In this document: positions 39,971 to 53,177 of the stretch, one piece after another | How positions within the stretch are numbered: position 1 is the first letter of the stretch | Layout: every line of letters begins with the position of its first letter | The notes under the pieces: generated by a model | Told to the model about the DNA's origin: nothing | The model's database searches: none | Seen by the model: only the letters and a program-made list of their open reading frames with translations | Position numbers and translations under genes: made by a program | Assembly: GCA_964016885.1 (NCBI GenBank) | Contig: OZ024742.1 | Location: 121,954,001 to 122,018,000 of the forward strand | DNA from: Eledone cirrhosa | Taxonomy: Eukaryota | Reading direction: 5' to 3' | Length of the DNA stretch: 64,000 nt

Positions 39971-40211
39971 TAGTCAGATCTTAGATATGCCAGCTCTGTG
40001 TTTATGGTGTTGATGGTATCAAATCCTTGGGACATATATATATATATATATAGAGTAAAAGAGTGAAGAATAACATGGTCTGCTGTACAAAAAGGGTTTT
40101 ATTTACATTATTAACAATTGTTTCATTGATCAGGTGAGTCTAAAGGCCGCCAATCACACGGAGTTGCGTCACTCGACCTTAAATACTGTGTGTGTCTCTG
40201 ATCAAATGATA

Positions 40212-40290
<79 letters not shown>

Positions 40291-40295
<5 letters not shown>

Positions 40296-40465
40296 TAACA
40301 GATTAAAGTTTAAAGAAAGAATCGCTGCTTTCACCCTTAAAGGGATCTTCTGAAACTAAAAAAATCAATCTGTGAACGCAGAAGTAAATATTTCGAAAAA
40401 CGTTGCAACCGAAGGAAGACAGAAGGGCGATACTTTAGTTCGCGGAGACGTTCCCTGGCAAAGAA
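40291..40465. repeat. Repeat shared with the Helitron-linked sequence at 49555-49865
   Basis: taaaataacagattaaagttta..aagaatcgctgctttcacccttaa.gggatcttct.aaactaaaaaaatcaatctg..cgatacttt.gttcg. Confidence 0.75.
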
Positions 40466-41264
40466 CGAAATAAAAACGAATATAATACGTCATTATTTGG
40501 ACCGGTAACAACAATTACACGCAAAGAGAAAACCACGTTTATAGTATAACCGAAGTCGTAGACTAAAATTCTATTTAGGAAACCGAATGATTCTCGGCTT
40601 CAGAGTTAAGAATAATGTAAATAAATTATAGAGGTTATTGAAATCAACAATAATTAAATATATTCATGCACGCATCCATATATGTACATACACATGCATA
40701 CGCGAAAACGCCCGCCATGCGGATGCAAATACAGGCACGTACACAAACATACGCGCACACATACAAAAAACCCCGCGACGCCTGCACCCGCACAGATACG
40801 AACGTATACATACACATAAAACATATATAAAAAAAATATATATATGCGTGTGTGTGTATGCGTGTATACATATAATTATATAAACGTATATAAATATACA
40901 CACATAAATACGTATATAACGCGCGCACACACATACCCACATGTAAATACACATATGTTCGCTAAACGTACGTCAACCAAACCACAAAGTACACATATAC
41001 ACACACCCTACATATGTGCAAACCCCCATACACACACAAACGCAAAACTCACATATACACATAACCATATACACATGTACCAGTATATATAATATAATAT
41101 ACACGCCTATAACAAATACAAGCAAATATACGTACGAGAAAGTATACGTAACTTTACAAAACATACAGGTAATATATACTTACCTATACAAATAAGTAAG
41201 GGTATAAACATAATATATACTTAGCTACCATAGCAATACGTAAATTATCCGCGTATTGTTCGTA

Positions 41265-42150
41265 CTATCCGTTAGGGTATAATGTGGGGCTGTAATACAG
41301 GAAAGTTTTGTGCAATTTATGTTTACAAGCCGAAATTGCCTCAGCTTTTTTGTTTAAGATGTGGTCATTGGCGTAGAGTATTTCCACGGCTTCAGCGACG
41401 CAGAGGCCACATGGTCTTTTATTTCCGTTATACGATCTAGCCTTAGCTAGGATCTTCCAGTGTAAATTATATTTGGTGTGGTTGTCTTTTAGACTCCAGA
41501 TATAAGCTGAAAGTGACGTCATATTCCTTCTTAAAGGGTTAAGAAAAGAATGGGTATGCATGTAAAGACGCTGCTTGAATCTATTGGCGGTTAACCCTAA
41601 AGGCCCTAACGGATGTGGGTGTTTCAACTTTACGTTTGTAGACAATGTTTCTAGAGAGGCATTTCCCGGATAGGGGGCAGTCAACCCGATTCTTACAATT
41701 ACAGTTAGTACTAGCTACAGGGTTGCACGTGTTCCTACGGATAGGTAATTTAGCTAAATTTGAAGCAGTGATGTTATGTGCAAAGTTAGGAGTCGTAGAG
41801 TAAGACATTTTAATGGTATTTCTATTAAAAATTGTATTATATTTATGTGCGGGGGGGGGGGGGGGGGCGTGCTTCATAATAAGGGAGAGAAAGACCTTAG
41901 CTAATGGTGTGGCCACCGCCATATTATAAGGTGGGTTATACGATATAATGCGTCGGGATCTATTTTTCCTGGGTCTATTCTCGTACTCTGTATATGCTAC
42001 CTTATCGACAAATCCAATCCGAGCAAGAGCTTCATTGTAATATGTGGAATGGTCGGTGAAAATATGGTCGTTTGTAGATAGACGGGAAAGCCTCAAAGAA
42101 ACGTTTCTTACCAGGTTCTTGGTTATGCTGGCAGCATGGTTAGAATCCTT
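41265..42150 (-). mobile_element. Penelope-like element 3' coding fragment (RT thumb, Cys linker, GIY-YIG endonuclease), frameshifted
   Basis: [91 protein letters not shown]; truncated at a (TA)n tract. Confidence 0.9.
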
Positions 42151-42695
<545 letters not shown>

Positions 42696-42752
42696 TTCGT
42701 TTCTGAATTTGTTTAGCAAGATTCTTTATCTGAAATCGTGTGTTGAAAACGA

Positions 42753-43143
42753 TATTGTTATACTTTGGGAGGGTCATGTTGCCAATAAGAAACACACGCA
42801 CCACGTGCTTTCACTTCAATTTATTATATATTTATAAATTTATAAATTTACAAATCTACAAACTTATAAATTTCTGGTTGGTTGGTTGGTTCCACAACCA
42901 GATAGTTGTTTATATATAGTCATAGTCCTTTCGTCACACGCTCAGTCACTGAAGAGGTCACAGAGTGTGTGACGGAAGGACTATGACTATATATAAACAA
43001 CTATGTGGTTGTGGATCCAACCAACCAACCAGAAATTTATAAGTTTGTAAATTTATAAATTTATAAATATATAATAAATTGAAGTGAAAGCAACTGGTGC
43101 GTGCGTTTCTTATTGGCAACATGACCCTCCCAAAGTATAACAA

Positions 43144-43145
<2 letters not shown>
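42753..43145. repeat. Palindrome A (~390 bp): inverted pair of PLE pLTR ends
   Basis: tattgttatactttgggagggtcatgttgccaataag.. is mirrored by ..cttattggcaacatgaccctcccaaagtataacaata; centre ~42950. Confidence 0.9.
42944..42988 (+). ncRNA. Type I hammerhead ribozyme motif with one core substitution
   Basis: AGTCA-CTGAAGA-g-GTCACA-gagtg-TGTGAC-GgAA-ggac-TA-TGACT; the mirrored arm retains GAAA. Confidence 0.75.
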
Positions 43146-43197
<52 letters not shown>

Positions 43198-43253
43198 GTG
43201 AGGTTTTTTTTACAAAATGAAAAATAACCGAGGTGTTCTACACGGTCGGAGTA

Positions 43254-43535
43254 TAAAGAAAAAGGGATGAAATCGAAAATGCAACTGAAGTCTTATTTAA
43301 AAAAAATATATATATATTTATTTGGTTCCTTTACCGGTTTCGCAGTTCTTCTGCTTTTCAAAAGGTGAGTTGAGATGGAGGGTCTGTGGTTTTGAAAAAC
43401 CACAGACCCTCCATCTCAACTCACCTTTTGAAAAGCAGAAGAACTGCGAAACCGGTAAAGGAACCAAATAAATATATATATTTAAAAAAAAAATAAGACT
43501 TCAGTTGCATTTTCGATTTCATCCCTTTTTCTTTA
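43254..43535. repeat. Palindrome B (~280 bp) with mirrored degenerate hammerheads
   Basis: Near-perfect hairpin centred at 43394; plus strand 43424-43461 reads CCTT-tTGAAaA-GCAG-aagaa-CTGC-GAAA-CCGG-TA-AAGG. Confidence 0.88.
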
Positions 43536-43537
43536 AT

Positions 43538-43599
<62 letters not shown>

Positions 43600-43627
43600 A
43601 TCAACAGATGGTTAAAGGAGTTCCATG

Positions 43628-43698
43628 TATTTTATTATGCGCATTTCAAAAACAAACATCATCATGCAATAATGTTTGTGTTTTCATCAGATAAAACA
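43628..43698 (-). ncRNA. Type I hammerhead ribozyme, mirror copy
   Basis: Reverse complement of 43761-43831. Confidence 0.8.
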
Positions 43699-43760
43699 GG
43701 AGAACATGATATGAAGGCTAAAAAACACTTGTGGATAGTGCAGTTTTAAATCACACCTCC

Positions 43761-43831
43761 TGTTTTATCTGATGAAAACACAAACATTATTGCATGATGA
43801 TGTTTGTTTTTGAAATGCGCATAATAAAATA
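43761..43831 (+). ncRNA. Type I hammerhead ribozyme with an intact core
   Basis: TGTTTTAT-CTGATGA-AAACACAAACAT..ATGTTTGTTTTT-GAAA-TGCGCA-TA-ATAAAATA; stem I 8 bp, stem II 11/12 bp, palindromic stem III. Confidence 0.82.
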
Positions 43832-43955
43832 CATGGAACTCCTTTAACCATCTTTTGATCTTATATTATGTATACTCCAGTCCTACAAACTGTAGAGTGC
43901 TTCTTATCCGATATCTGCATTGCTTTATTGTACTACAATAAAACTCACCTCCTAC

Positions 43956-44170
<215 letters not shown>

Positions 44171-44183
44171 ATATATATATATA

Positions 44184-44347
44184 TGGCTTAGTGGTTTAGA
44201 GTGTTGGGCTTACAATCGTGAGATTGTGAGTTCGATTCTTGTTGTGTTCTTGAGAAAGACACTTTATTTCAACTTACTCCAGTTCACTCAGCTGTACAAA
44301 TGAATTGCGATGTCACTGTTGCCAAACTGTCAAACTGTATCGGCCTC
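44184..44347 (+). mobile_element. CORE-like tRNA SINE family B
   Basis: A box TGGCTTAGTGG, B box GTTCGATTC, then gttgtgttcttgagaaagacactttatttc..cactcagctg. Confidence 0.8.
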
Positions 44348-44539
44348 TTCTGATGAAAGATTAACGTTGGAAACATTAAGACTCCCTTCCAACTATATCA
44401 AGCGATAAACCAATATATATCCTCATTGTATTATATCATTCGCTGTGTTGTATGCATGAATTCAATACGTTGCATGACATTAGTTTCTGATTCAATGTCT
44501 TTAAATATATATTATATTACCTTCATTATTTTACATTCA

Positions 44540-44750
44540 GTTAGGATGTTGAATATGTGTGATCGTTTGAGCATCGGACAAATGTTTTGCAGTAATTAAC
44601 CGGCTCTCTGCGCTCTCAGTTCAATTCTCGCCGAGGTCACCATTGCCTTTTGGTGGTCGATAAATTAAATCACTAGTAGGATTGAGATAATTTAATTGCC
44701 CCTCCCTTAAAATTGCGGGACTTCTGTCTAAATTTTTTACCGTTATTTTA
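44540..44750 (+). mobile_element. SINE family A, degenerate
   Basis: cagttcaattctcgccgaggtcaccattgcc..ggtcgataaattaa..ccctcccttaaaattgc. Confidence 0.6.
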
Positions 44751-47700
44751 CATCCGGTTTTCCTCATTATCGTTACATCGTGCTTAAACCAGCGAATATT
44801 TAGATTCACTATCAAAAGATTATGTTAACATGTTTAAATATAAAATGTACATATAGAGCAATGCGAGGAACAGTAGTCTATTTCTTCACCATATATCTGG
44901 AAGAATTCACTTAGAGACAACCGGCCACGAACACGTTCTTTGATGATCTCAATTCTCCGATAAAAACCTTTTATAATATATAAATATATATAAATATTAT
45001 TTCATTTAGATTACTTTCTGTGACGGAGACCTGCACCAGATTTCTTATATTTTAGGTTTTATCTTATAGCCTTATTGCATTTAGAAGTTGATGTATGCGA
45101 AATCCATTTAGAAGGCAAACAAATTAATGTGATTAGACTGAAAGATAAGAGAATTAAAGAAAAATTTAGAATGCACCAACCAAAATAAGTTAATAGATAT
45201 GTTATATCTCCCACGACCAGAAAGTTGAAGACGACATTTCAAACTTGAAACTTATTTTGCGATAAGTACTATTTACTATAAATTAAGTAAGAAAAGAGCA
45301 AAAGAGTACTCAAAATAGGAAACATGATGGGATGAATACAACAAAGTGTTCGCCATTTCGAACGTTCACGGTCTGACAATATAACCTCATTCAGTCAGGA
45401 CGGAGAGGAATATGATGAATTATATACATAAAGACTTTGGATGGCTTCCAGCTGTAGGGAACGAGATTTACACCAAACTATCTCCAAATACAGACAATAA
45501 ATTTACACGAACTGGGAAATAGGAGGCTTTAATGCAACTTATGAAATTAGACTGACATTAAAGGACAGAATTTTGCTATTAAAAATATTCTCAAAAAACA
45601 TAACGAAACAAAAGACAAAAACAAAACAAAACAAATACAATGTTGTTATGATCGGAAGAAGAACATTAAACAGTATTTGCAGAAAGTATACATAGTTGAA
45701 GCGACGTAATGGATGTAACATATAGACGAAGATAAGCAGGTATTTAATAGAATCGCATTCGATACCTTTCTTGGGGACAAACGATTGTTTACATTGATAA
45801 ATTGTATGGGCACATTGTGACAGTGTGAATTTATTGCGCTCTCTACTAAGCAGTCTATTCTCTACACCAGCAGATTCTACTAGACTGAACACAGGATACT
45901 GTTCATCCCAGCACAGTGGATCCAATGCTGCAACTTATGTTGCAGTTATTCCTCTGTGTTTCATGTAAATTTAATCTGATTGGGAAATCGTGTTTTTAGG
46001 ATGTCAGTGTTGTAGTACTCTGGGGTGTTGTATATGTGCCTTGTGATCTGGCTCTGGACAGCCGTTACCAAGCAACTGTATACTGTCATATCGAATAAAT
46101 AGAAATAAACATACGAACACGCGCACACCAGGTCCAAATACAGAGAAGCCAAACTCCCACTGTCATTACTTCCATCTCTCTCGCTCTCCTTATCTCTTTC
46201 TATTATGAGAAACGAAAGAAGGAAAGATTGAATGAGGGCAAGAGAGAAACAGGAAATGTGTGTACACGTGTATGAGAGGGAGATTGAAAGAGAGAGAAAG
46301 ATAGATAGATAAATATAGAGAGACTGGGTTGAATAGAGTAAAGGAATATGTAAGATATAGAGAAATACAAAGGGGTTAAATACATTACGAGAGAACTGGG
46401 TTTAATGGTCATATATTAAACATATCGATTCTGTTAGGTTTGCTAGAATTAAATAAAAACCTACGGCTTAACAGCTGTGATATCGGTATAGCAAGATTAG
46501 GTCAACAGCACAAATCTTTCGATTAATCACTTTGGCACTATTAGAAAGGATATGGTCAAACTTCGATTACTTATTTCTTTATTCACGAGAGTGGCAAATC
46601 TAGGCAGACGCTTGGAAATGACGAATAATATGGCAAATGGTTATGAGTTAAAACGTATAAGGTTATAACTATTAAATACGGCCTTCAGAAGGGTAAAACC
46701 TTTAAAATCGGTCCCTTTCAGCGTACTCGATGTTTTCACTGAATAGAATTGAAATAAGTATAGGAAAAAAATATGGATAGAAATTTCGCTCGGTAGCCAA
46801 GCTTAAATTTTTATTTTGAAAATTGTGCGAGGTGAACTCTCCTAGAATCAGGAACTGTGTACATTTGGGGTTATTTTATTTATTTTACTCGAGAGAAATC
46901 GGAAGTGACGAATGATAACCACTGTATTGCATGATACAAATGGATGAATTGAGATTAGATTTGTATTATTTTTAATTTATGTTGGTTTCACGAGAGAAAT
47001 TTATTATGATTTGTAGTTTAACCAGGCAAACCATGTGCAGCAATTTATAACTACATATGCCACATTCGTATATTAACTTAATTCCTGACAACCCTTAAGT
47101 AGTGGGATGAATTATACAAGTTTTCATTTACATTTAATTCATTCACGTATATATTTGTGTACAGTTAATGCTGAAATCCAAGAACAGAGAAGCTCTTTTA
47201 TGTACACATATAGAGACACACTCACCCACGCTCACAAGCACTCAAACACGCACACACACGTGCGTGCACACACACGTGTTTTAATATGACAATATCAAAA
47301 GCTAACGCGGATATTTGTTTCTAAATTCATTCTCTCTCTCTCTCTCTCTGTATATATATATAAAGGAACTGGGTGTTTGTATGTGTGTTTATATATATAT
47401 AAAACACATACAGACACACAGTACATTTATAGCTATATGTGACTATGTATGTTTATCTATGTCGATGAATGTGTATCTGTAAATATGTCGATATAAATGT
47501 AGTTTCACATATAACCATAATAATAATCTACCTTTATGTCAATATACATATTTTGAAAGACAAATATATCATGCAACAATGGTCACAGTTGCCACAATTT
47601 CTTCATATAAAATAGGTGGGCATTTACAACGAAATTTGTTTCGATATAAAACAGAAACTATATTCCAAGTTATATTGAACATTTAATTGAAGAAAACTTT

Positions 47701-47980
47701 TGCTAGAAAACTAATCTAGTTTAGTTTTAGAATGTCTCTCTGAATAAACAGGGGACGTGGAATAACTATCTTTTCTTCTTAGGAAACATAGATAAGCGCT
47801 GAATTAAATTGAAATGCTATTCCTGTTATGAATATTATTAAGTTGTTTCACCTCACTTGAAAGTACGTCATTATTGACTATACTCTACTGATATTAAATC
47901 TACGCTTTAATTACTTTTACACTCATATACATACAATTGTTAGCTCTTTCCTTTAATCGCCCCCTCACCCTCTCCCTCTG

Positions 47981-48040
47981 TATATATATATGTATATATA
48001 TATATATATATATGTATATTTATATATATATATATATATG

Positions 48041-48092
<52 letters not shown>

Positions 48093-48129
48093 TTATATAT
48101 ATATGTATATTTATATATATATATATATG

Positions 48130-48203
<74 letters not shown>
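47981..48203. repeat. Imperfect (TA)n microsatellite
   Basis: Direct reading. Confidence 0.92.
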
Positions 48204-48206
<3 letters not shown>

Positions 48207-49389
48207 GCAGCTACATAAAAAAGTATACATATATTGATTTATACCTACCCATATATGTATGTATGTATGTAAATTTATATATATGTATGTATATATATAT
48301 ATATAAAATTAGTTTTCACATTACCTTATATGTACACATACCCCTTCCCTATCGTTTATCTCTTCAATTATTAATCCAACATACATATTTCAAACACCAT
48401 ACCGACATATAGCCACATAGACACATGTATACATTGGACTAGCTTTTCAAACACACAGTCTTACTTGTTTTACGTCATAGATATTAAATATGCTAAGCTT
48501 AAGATAAATTGATCAAACATTTCAGAAACAGTAAGGAAAATCAATTTATCCTTTATTCAGAGGTTACATAAATGTTTTTGTGTTTTATGTCCTTCCTATT
48601 CCGCTTTCTAACTCTTCATACTCTTTTCTATTTTCTATATAACAACATTCGTCGCTCTTTTCCGCCATTCCAAAGTCTCTTCCTAGCTTTCTCTTTATAT
48701 TTGTCACTCACTATTTCAATCTAGGCTGTATTTACTTTCTAGCACCTTTCTATTTTAGGCGAAATGCAGCAAGAACCGAATTCTTAAGCTGCGCTGGATG
48801 TCAGAGAATAATTATTAATTGTTTACAGTTCACTGTATGTTGTCGTGACACCTCAAGCTAGCGGAAAATACTGGCGATGTACAAAGTCACGAATCATAAT
48901 ATAATCATTTCAAATCCCCTTCTCTCTGTCTTTGCTGACATTTATTGTTACAATTACTTTAATGTAGCCTACATGGACGAAAAGAAATAATAATGGCAAA
49001 TCTTCAACATCACAATTTGTCAACCATTTCGGATAATACCATAAACTAATGAGTACAAGAACCGGCGATTAAATGATTTAAAAATGTTGACAATGCTATA
49101 TTAATTGTAAGATTTTTAATCTTATTCCTAACTTTAGGACTGACCACTCTGATGTTGAGCAATAACAACTTACTAAGAATTTAACATTATAAATAATCGT
49201 TTCAAATCTGACATGCGCTGCATAGAGACTGTGATAGAAGCATACTGGTTCTTATGTAACTAAGCGACAGTGGCAATCATCTTTTGCCTTTCAGAAAGGA
49301 TAAAAAACACCCTGTGCTATATCATACAAATGTAGATTCCGGCACCAACACAGAAATCTAGGATTTCTTCTGAAAGTTTTATAAATATA

Positions 49390-49865
49390 CTAGCAGAATG
49401 GCCCGGCGTTGCTCGGGATTTGCTATAGGGTTCTTATATATTTGATATATATTTATCCTTATCGAACCTCGTGAAATAAATACGTTTGTTTATATTTTGT
49501 TATTGTGTATGCAAAACTATCTGTCCAAAAATATATAATTATATATATATATATATTAAAATAACAGACTAAAGTTTAAGCAAAGAATCACTGCTTTCAC
49601 CCTTAACGGGATATTCTACCTAAAAGCAGTATGAAGTACATACACTAAGACTAATTGATGTAATCTTTGGCCTTGTTTGTTTACATTTTGTTTTTGTGTA
49701 TGTAAAAATATCTGTATACGAATATCTATATTAAAATAACATATTAATGTTTAAGCAAAGAATCGCTGCTTTCAACCTTAACGGGATCTTCTTAAACTAA
49801 AAAAATCAATCTGGAAAACAGGAAGACGATACTTTGGTTCGTGAACACGTTCCCTTGTATAAGAA
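49390..49865 (-). mobile_element. Non-autonomous Helitron 3' terminus and adjoining body
   Basis: Minus strand CCCGAGCAACGCCGGG hairpin (49402-49417), 8 nt, then CTAG followed by T, the canonical Helitron 3' end; internal ~175-bp duplication (49555 and 49730); 5' end not located. Confidence 0.7.
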
Positions 49866-49961
49866 TATATATACACACACACAATGATCGCTTCATAATG
49901 ACGTAATGCAGACAGTCAGGCATACATACAGTTATTATGAAGGCGCGACGTCATATCTATG

Positions 49962-50412
<451 letters not shown>

Positions 50413-50617
50413 TATGTACACGTACATACATATATGTATACCGACGTACAGTAGTATGTATATATATATATATACATACATGCACACATATATATATGCA
50501 CGTATGGATTCACCGAACATTTATTATAATGCTCGGTGTGTTTGTAAACAAACATCCCGTATTAAGCTGTAGTGTCTAGCAACCACCGTTGCTCGTTTGT
50601 TCAACACTGACAAAGGA

Positions 50618-50660
50618 ACGCTGTACTAGTTTCAAGCTTGTTAGCTATCGTCAGCAACGT
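50618..50660 (-). ncRNA. Minimal type I hammerhead ribozyme
   Basis: Reverse complement of 51239-51281. Confidence 0.78.
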
Positions 50661-51238
50661 ATACCTTCCTGCCAGATTGTTGAACGTATATACTTACCTT
50701 ATGCATATTAACGGCTGAGTAGCCCAATTTGCATATCGAGTGGGTTAATCGGCCGGGTGCACCGAAAACGATAAACGGAAAAAATGAAACGATATTTCAT
50801 TTCCCACTCTTAGTACGGCTGTTACTTAGATATAAGTATGTACACGTACATACATATATGTATACCGATGTACAGTAGTATGTATATATATATATATATA
50901 TACATACATGCACACATATATATATGCACGTATGGATTCACCGAACATTATAATAAATGTTCGGTGAATCCATACGTGCATATATATATGTGTGCATGTA
51001 TGTATATATATATATACATACTACTGTACGTCGGTATACATATATGTATGTACGTGTACATACTTATATTTAAGTAACAGCCGTACTAAGAGTGGGAAAT
51101 GAAATATCGTTTCATTTTTTCCGCTTATCGTTTTCGGTGCACGCAGCCGATTAACCCACTCGATATGCAAATTGGGCTACTCAGCCGTTAATATGCATAA
51201 GGTAAGTATATACGTTCAACAATCTGGCAGGAAGGTAT

Positions 51239-51281
51239 ACGTTGCTGACGATAGCTAACAAGCTTGAAACTAGTACAGCGT
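51239..51281 (+). ncRNA. Minimal type I hammerhead ribozyme
   Basis: ACGTTG-CTGACGA-t-AGCT-aaca-AGCT-t-GAAA-CTAG-TA-CAGCGT; stem I fully paired. Confidence 0.78.
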
Positions 51282-52261
51282 TCCTTTGTCAGTGTTGAAC
51301 AAACGAGCAACGGTGGTTGCTAGACACTACGGCTTAATACGGGATGTTTGTTTACAAACACACCGATCATTATAATAAATGTTCGGTGAATCCATACGTG
51401 CATATATATATGTGTGCATGTATGTATATATATATATATATATACATACTACTGTACGTCGGTATACATATATGTATGTACGTGTACATACTTATATTTA
51501 AGTAACATCCGTACTAAGAGTGGGAAATGAAATATTGTTTCATTTTTTCCGTTTATATATATATAAATGGAAAAGAATGAAACGAAATTTCATTTCTCAC
51601 TCTTAGTGCGGCTGATACTTAAATGTAAGTATGTATACGTACATACAAATATGTATACAGTGTTGAACAAACAGGCTACGATGGTTGCCGAACACTCTAC
51701 GGCGTAATTCGGGCTGTTTCTTTACAAACAAATCGAATATTATAATAAATGTTCGGTAAACCCATACATACATATATATATATGTGTGCATGTATGTATA
51801 TATATACATACTACTGTACGTCTGTATATATATATATGTATGTACGTATACATACTCACATTTAAGTATCAGCCGTACTAAGATTGAGAAATGAAATTTC
51901 GTTTCATTCTTTTCCATTTATCGTTTTCGGTACTCCCGGCCGACTAACTCACTCGATATGCAAATTAGTCTGCTCAGCCATTAATATGCATAAGGAAAGT
52001 ATAGACTTTGAAACGTTCAATCATGGCAGGAAGGTATACGATGCTGACGATAGCTAAATGTCAGTGTTGAACAAAAAGGCGACGATGGTTGCCGACCACT
52101 GTACAGCGTAATTCGGGCTGTTTGTTTACAAACAAACCGAATATTATAATAAATGTTTGGTAAACCCATACGTACAGATATATATGTGTGCATGTATGTA
52201 TATATATATACATACTACTGTACGTCTGTATACATATATGTATGTACGTATACATACTTAG

Positions 52262-52297
<36 letters not shown>

Positions 52298-52432
52298 GTA
52301 AGTATGTATACGTATACGTATATGTAAGTGTGAATGAGAAATGAAAAAAGCTTTATAGTAATATATGTTGTATATGTATGGTATACATTATAGCCTGCAT
52401 AATGAATTACTGAAGCTCTATAGCCTACGTCT

Positions 52433-52494
52433 ATAAGCTCTATAGCCTACATAGAGCACCCTTTTTTCATGTACCTTTCCGACGAAAATACTTC

Positions 52495-52557
<63 letters not shown>

Positions 52558-52619
52558 GAAATATTTTCGTTGGAAAGGTACAGGAAAAAAGAGTGCTCTA
52601 TGTAGGCTATAGAGCTTAT
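52433..52619. repeat. ~65-bp inverted repeat enclosing a (TA)n tract
   Basis: ataagctctatagcctacatagagcac..cgaaaatacttcatt is mirrored at 52555-52619. Confidence 0.85.
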
Positions 52620-52652
52620 TAGTTATGTAATAAACAACATAAGATAATTATA

Positions 52653-52711
52653 TCATTTACCAGTGGTTTCTTGAAGGCAGATGTTATGTCTGTCTTCAGT
52701 CGTCAGTATGA
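52653..52711 (-). ncRNA. Type I hammerhead ribozyme, mirror copy
   Basis: TCATa-CTGACGA-ctgaagacaga-cataaca-tctgccttcaa-GAAA-CCACTGG-TA-AATGA. Confidence 0.68.
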
Positions 52712-53118
52712 ATAAAAAACATGGTGTTTTTATTAAAAATTAAATATGGATTTTAAAACAAAATTTTGGAAATATGAAAGTGACGCTGAAAAAACGGGCA
52801 AAGAGGAATTAGGGGAAATGTGTATGTGTGTATTTGTGTGTACATATTTGAGTGCATATATATTTGTGTATATATATGTGTATGTATTTATGTGCCTGTT
52901 CGTATTTCCATGTAGACGCAAATACGCTTATGTGAGAAAGTATACGTCTACGTACTATTACGTATATGCGCGTGGTTGAGTGTGTGTATGTTTATGTTCT
53001 GGATATATATTTATATTTTTTTCCCCCAATTCCTTTTTGCCCGTTTTTTCAGCCTCACTTTCATATTTCCTAAATTTCGTTTAAAATCCATATTTAATAA
53101 AAACACCATGATATTTAT

Positions 53119-53177
53119 TCATTCTGACGACTGAAGACAGACATAAAATCTGCCTTTAAGAAACCACTGGTAAATGA
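53119..53177 (+). ncRNA. Type I hammerhead ribozyme
   Basis: TCATT-CTGACGA-ctgaagacaga-cataaaa-tctgcctttaa-GAAA-CCACTGG-TA-AATGA; stem I 5 bp, intact core. Confidence 0.72.

Larger units (their letters stand above)
43593..43866. repeat. Palindrome C (~110-bp arms, 54-bp spacer) with mirrored intact hammerheads
   Basis: 43593-43702 is the reverse complement of 43757-43866 with about one mismatch. Confidence 0.92.
52653..53177. repeat. Palindrome D (~160-bp arms, ~200-bp spacer) with mirrored hammerheads
   Basis: 52653-52818 matches the reverse complement of 53020-53177, with several mismatches. Confidence 0.88.

Noticed and set aside
40053-40215. GAAA-CAATTG-TT on the minus strand with a ttgatcag/ctgatcaa stem; a similar weak case lies at 7128-7320
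   Set aside because: No recognisable CTGANGA core. Possibly a decayed PLE end between TA tracts, but not supportable as a ribozyme.
43254-43866. Palindromes as simple sequencing fold-back artefacts
   Set aside because: Arms differ by substitutions or indels, some have unique spacers, and all follow the same orientation rule. An artefact is unlikely but not excluded without reads.
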